The translations under genes were made by a program, and so were the position numbers. DNA of 63,602 nt, filler included, from Dicyema japonicum (Eukaryota; Animalia; Dicyemida), in assembly GCA_011109175.1 (NCBI GenBank). It is 9 parts of 9 records of this genome, joined end to end, with 100 filler letters (N's around TTAATTAATTAA, not from the genome) between each part and the next. Parts side by side here need not be neighbours in the genome. Positions count along the whole stretch, not along the records: positions 52,287 to 59,150 come from RDEW01000001.1; positions 59,251 to 61,645 come from RDEW01000023.1; positions 61,746 to 63,602 come from RDEW01000115.1; 6 more parts are not named here. The stretch is one strand, 5' to 3'. Positions within the stretch are counted from its first letter, which is position 1. Every line of letters begins with the position of its first letter. Below, piece by piece: positions 58,647 through 63,602 of the stretch. The notes under the pieces are model-generated. The model ran no database searches, was not told the DNA's origin, and saw nothing but the letters and a program-made list of their open reading frames with translations.

Positions 58647-58819
58647 GGTCTAATTTATATGACTAATTTGTTTTAAATTCGTCTTGAATTTATTAGATGG
58701 TATAAGGTTAAAGGATAGAATAGGAAAGTGTTACATATTTGTTCATAATTTAGAGAGATTTCAGTCCTCACTGTTCTCTTTCTGCATTGAGAGATAATTG
58801 CCATGAAACAGCCTAATCA

Positions 58820-59040
58820 TTATTAGTACTTTCACGAAAGACATAATATTTATAGCCCCACATGTGCAGAAAAAAATATAAGAGAATTAGTTAGCTTCTC
58901 CAAGCTCTTTTGTTCTTAGCTAAGTCCTTCACTGAATACAGATCGTCACCAGATGCAAATGTTTTCTTCACGGCATTCAGATCGTTTTGTTACATGACTG
59001 GGAGGGTTGTTCTCGGTTTTCCACGAGAGCGTTTTACATT
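58820..59040 (-). mobile_element. 3' end of an RTE-type LINE (same family as 7381-7520)
   Basis: RSRGKPRTTL...DLNAVKK...DLAKNKRAW, followed by ...GCTATAAATATTATGTCTTTCGTGAAAGTACTAATAAT. Confidence 0.7.
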
Positions 59041-59949
59041 GGAGGAGGAGTAGTAGTAATATGTCGCGTCCCGTGGTGATGGCGCATCTCACACTGGTTA
59101 CATATCACCTGTCAATCACTGTCAAGGCATATGCTAGATGTCATACTTAANNNNNNNNNNNNNNNNNNNNNNNNNNNNNNNNNNNNNNNNNNNNTTAATT
59201 AATTAANNNNNNNNNNNNNNNNNNNNNNNNNNNNNNNNNNNNNNNNNNNNAAAAAAATGTGGAATGTGGCCTATTCTATGGACATCTTTTTTAGCTGAAT
59301 TTTATCGAAGATTGCTGTCGACTTGTGATCGGAAACATTCAGGCTATTTGTATCCTTCACATTTGAGAGTTTTGGTTAAACGCGACTGTTGCGGGAAAAA
59401 ATGTTAAAGATAATTTTTTTAGCTGTCTATCGTTTTCGAAAATGAGGATGGAGTATATCTTTTTATTTACATAATGCTTTTAATGTCTATTTTTATTTAC
59501 AGTCCTGTTAATTAATTAGCTGATTATTATTTAGTAGCCTCAGGACCACTCAGAAAGAAAGGCAAAATAATGTCAAATTGTTAGGTGATCCCAATTCACG
59601 CAAGCAAACATGCCATCCAAATCCTGTGCGTCTCCATTGTTCCCACTGCCGAACGGAAGTGCCGTCATTAATCCATGCAGAGGAAGTCGATTGCCTGAAA
59701 CAGTGAGAGGCCGAGTGGATGTCCATCTTTCTCGCCAATACGGAGAAATCCGGAACCACATATACGATTGTAGATTAAACAACTTGGTCCACTAGGAAAT
59801 TTTGAAAGACAAAAGACGGATCAGCACAGTCTTAACAAGTTCATGAAATATTACGCAAATATAAGCCACAAACCTTTTAGGAAAATGGGCTTTCTTTATC
59901 TTCAATAAGACCGAAGGGATCACATCCGATTAACTTTATCTCTCATTCA

Positions 59950-61340
59950 GATATCAGTGAGGGTTTAAAGAGGTTGAATTCTTCCCTCTCATGTGGGACA
60001 GATTCTATCCCTGGTATTTTACTAAAACATCTTGGACCTATTGCGATTGATGCAATCAGTGATTTTCAACTATTTAATAAACATGAATACAATTCCAACT
60101 ATCTGGAAAACTGTCCTGTATACGCCCAATCCTTAAGCCTGGGACGCCTAAAAACAATCCTGCATCATTTCGAACTATCTTTTACTATGCACCTTATCAA
60201 AGTTATTGGAAAAATTGATTCTTAACCTTATAACCCCGTTCCTTTTTTTTCGTCCTCACAACATGGATTTATAAGGGGTCATTAAACTTCCACACACCTA
60301 ACTTCCCTCAACCAATTTATCATTGAAGGCTTTAACACTAATCCTCGTCACCTCAAAACAGTCGTTTGCTAGATCGATTTACAAAAAGCCTCGACTCTGT
60401 CTCAAGGAAAATCTAACCCAGAAATTGTTTGTTCTCGCCGTCAACCCCAATATATAACTTTGGCTTGCTAACTTCATAAATGGAAGAAGGGCCCGGGTAT
60501 ACAAGGATGGGACCAAATCAATTTCAAGATTACTAACCAATGGTGTCCCACAAGGTTCCTCTTTATCACCCGCCTTATTTAACTTATACATGTCAGATTT
60601 ACCACCCCCCCTTCATAATAAAGATGATTTCATCCTATCTTATGCTGATGACTTTTAATCTGATCCTGCGATCAAGATATCCCAAAGGCATCAGAAAGAC
60701 TACAAGAATATCTTCACAAGATTCAAATTTGGCTAAATTATAACCAGCTTGATATATCTAATGAAAAATCTTCTTCGTCTTTATTTAGCTCGGACAAACA
60801 ACTTGGACAAATGACAGTGGATATATTTATCAACCAGACAAAAATACCTTTCTCGAAGAAACTGAAAATCTTGGGGATCATTTTCGACACACACATGTCC
60901 TTTTCATCTCACGTCGACGCTGTCGCTGGATGTTGCTCAAGAAAGCTAGGGATAATCAAAACTATTTTCGGTGGCATTGAAACCCCTTTCCCAGCTTTGA
61001 AATTGTTGTACAAACAAGTCATTGATCCATCTGTTAGCTATACCTGTACGTCATGGGGGATCAATAATACCCTAATGTGGATACTTGCGAGACATAAGAA
61101 AAACCCAGCTTCATTCAGGTGTGTTTCTCTGTTACTAGCATAATGTTAAAAATATTGGAAATAGACTATTCCCTCCAATTATTAAGAACGTTGTATCAAC
61201 ATGTAATTTCTGCCGTATTCATAACTGAACGCTCTTCTTCCATCCATTTAACCACGTTGAAGGATTCCATCCGTACGGGATTCTCAAATAAACTCAGACA
61301 TATGAAGACTGTCATCTATTTTGTAGATATTCATTAAGCG
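59950..61340 (+). mobile_element. Decayed I/Jockey-like LINE RT
   Basis: CGTDSIPGILLKHL; DLQKA; GVPQGSSLSPALFNLYMSDLP; SYADDF; KLKILGIIFDTHMSF. Confidence 0.85.
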
Positions 61341-62229
61341 TTTGACTCCGAAAAACTTGAAAAATATTCAGTCGGATATTCCTGGACGCTTTACGGTTAG
61401 TTAACATTTTTTGGCGCTGGAAGGGGAGTGATTGTTTTGGAGATTTAAGATCGGTAACTTTTTTACAAATTGCATCTCAAGCATGGATCGAAAACTTTTT
61501 TCATGGTTAAAATAGTATCAGGTGATACAGCTGTCTCATGAAGTACTCAGTGCAAGGAGGGTATCAAAAATCATTTGTACTTCTCATTACAATGGAGTTT
61601 GTATTGGAAATCCATTTCAGAAATCAACGAAACTGAGACTTTGCANNNNNNNNNNNNNNNNNNNNNNNNNNNNNNNNNNNNNNNNNNNNTTAATTAATTA
61701 ANNNNNNNNNNNNNNNNNNNNNNNNNNNNNNNNNNNNNNNNNNNNAACATTGATAAGATTTTATCTTTCAGCAGCTTTACATACGATTAATCTATCACTA
61801 TCGGCTGAGGTAGATTCATTTCATGGCATTCTTCATTGTTAATATTTCTTTGTGATAATTCAATATTTACAATGTTCCTGATTATATTCTTCAGTGGTCA
61901 TATTTAGACAACATTTTCACCTTCTTGCAGATCCTTATTGAAATGAATTATATATTGACAATGGATGTTAGTTACATTTTTCAAGATCTCTGACTTGACG
62001 TTTTCTCGTATAAAAATTCTAATTTGGAATGCCCATAGTTGAGTTTTTTTATTTTTCGATGTTATTTTCAATCAATTTTATAGCTTTTTTTTGCTTTAGA
62101 TCGTTTATTAAACAAAAACGCATATAATAACATTCGCATTTTCCGAGGAACCATATCAGTTATCACTCCTCTCAGGCAGAACACACTTTATTTCAAACAA
62201 TGAACATTTTAATAATTAATCGAGGGAGG

Positions 62230-62537
62230 ATCAAAAAATGCACTTCACTTCTTTGTTTTCATTTCTTGTGTGTATGTTTTTTTTATAGACGATCCGGTTC
62301 CGCAGTGAAGTTCACTGATGACGGCGCCACTCGTCAAGTCAAAGCATATTGATGCGTGGAACCTTCAACCGAAATGTGCAGTATCGTGATTCGAACTAGC
62401 GACCTTCAGGCCTCTTGCCCAGCGACCGTCACACTGCGCTACCCGCCCTGCTTCAACCGAAATGTGCAGTATCGTGATTCGAACTAGCGACCTTCAGGCC
62501 TCTTGCCCAGCGACCGTCACACTGCGCTACCCGCCCT
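62230..62537 (-). mobile_element. tRNA-derived SINE copy S4 (head type 1, head duplicated with 88-bp period, core intact, tail truncated)
   Basis: Minus strand GGGCGGGTAGCGCAGTGTGACGG...AGTTCGAATCACG then GAAGGTTCCACGCATC...CAGTGAACTTCACTGCGGAACC. Confidence 0.85.
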
Positions 62538-63602
62538 GGAAAAGCAAGGCATCATACTCTTATGTGGTAGCTGCTGACCACTACATCTATATTCAAAGCT
62601 CAATCTAGTGAGATATCTCAAAAAATATTTATCCAAGGTAGTGAAGCTGACAAAGTCTTGAGAGATGAGGATCACTTGTGTTTATTGTCTTAGTAGCCTT
62701 CTTATCTTCATCAAAAACTACATCTTCATCAAAGAAATCCAAAGACTCGTTTGGGACGTCCTACTGGTTTGCCCTCCTCTTATCGTGGATGACTGATAGA
62801 CTAGTCTCGACAGAAAAACAAGGATTACCATAGCACAATTACGTTCTGGAAAATTTCCTCTAAAAAACGAATCGAGCTCATGGCATTTTCCACCGGACCA
62901 GTTAGCATTAATTCTTCAAGAAGTTTTCTTCTGTCCGGAACCTCCGATGAACATCAGAGACATGATAAACGTCCAGCATTAGCTGCTGGACGCCTAAGGA
63001 CTTGTTCTGAATTTCAGAAACAAAGGGGTTCCTTGTAATTAACTTTCCTGTTACAGAGTCAATAGAAAGTTAGCATTAATTCTTCAAGAAGTTTTCTTCT
63101 GTCCGGAACCTCCGATGAACATCAGAGACATGATAAACGTCCAGCATTAGCTGCTGGACGCCTAAGGACTTGTTCTGAATGTCAGAAACAAAGGGGTTCC
63201 TTGTAATTAACTTTCCTGTGACAGAGTCAATAGAATTTGTAAGGACTTTTGATGCCTCTAAGCGGATCATCTAAGACAGATTGTACAAATGTCCCCCAAT
63301 GGTCCAACGTCAGGACACCCAATTTTAAAGATTGAGTTCGATTAACTTTCAATTTGTTTTTGAAACCACGTGCTGTTCGATGGACAACTTTGATGACTGC
63401 CCTTCTGAAGACGTCTGTACTTCTGAAGGTTTTTCCAAACGTTTTCTAGTTAATTCTGATTCATTAAACAATCTATTGGTTTTTGATGTGCTTATGGATA
63501 TACTGTTGCTTTGATTTGTTAAAAGCTTTTTTCTAGTTTCAAAGAATTGTCTTCAATAATAAAATTTGTAATTTGTTCAATTATTTCCTGGTTATTTTTT
63601 TC

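Noticed and set aside
62311-62345. CTGATGA hammerhead-like core on the antisense strand of the SINE (also 10666, 10708, 42187, 42982)
   Set aside because: No GAAA after a plausible stem II, and here CTG is part of the CAGTGAA/TTCACTG hairpin.

Overview
AT-rich, transposon-littered eukaryotic (almost certainly animal) DNA. It is not one locus: eight 100-nt spacers (44 N + TTAATTAATTAA + 44 N) join nine scaffolds, so adjacency across spacers is meaningless. The six-frame ORF track is fragmented because host genes are cut by very short GT-AG introns (mostly 21-29 nt, mode 23). Manual splicing recovers coatomer alpha (COPA, 24 introns), a cathepsin-L-like protease with almost no propeptide, a kinase-less EGFR-type receptor-L-domain membrane protein, a 135-aa HP1, TRIM37 (partial), a LAMP-family protein with a His-rich repeat (partial), a Myc-like bHLH-ZIP, and a BC-box protein N-terminus. 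Animal-type genes with such tiny introns suggest a reduced parasite such as a dicyemid or myxozoan (inference). The rest is decayed Buster-type hAT, Tc1/IS630-like DD34E, pogo/Tigger and MULE DNA transposons; RTE, CRE, R4-like, CR1-like and I/Jockey-like LINE fragments; tRNA-derived SINEs; and a 4.2-kb 84-bp satellite. Best candidates for something new: (i) a modular SINE group with swapped tRNA heads, a shared multi-hairpin core and a tail matching an RTE LINE 3' end in the same window; (ii) the miniature kinase-less EGFR-like receptor; (iii) a foldback-like DD34E element whose inverted ends are 21-nt tandem arrays; (iv) the micro-intron architecture. All protein family calls come from motif recognition by eye; no database search was run.
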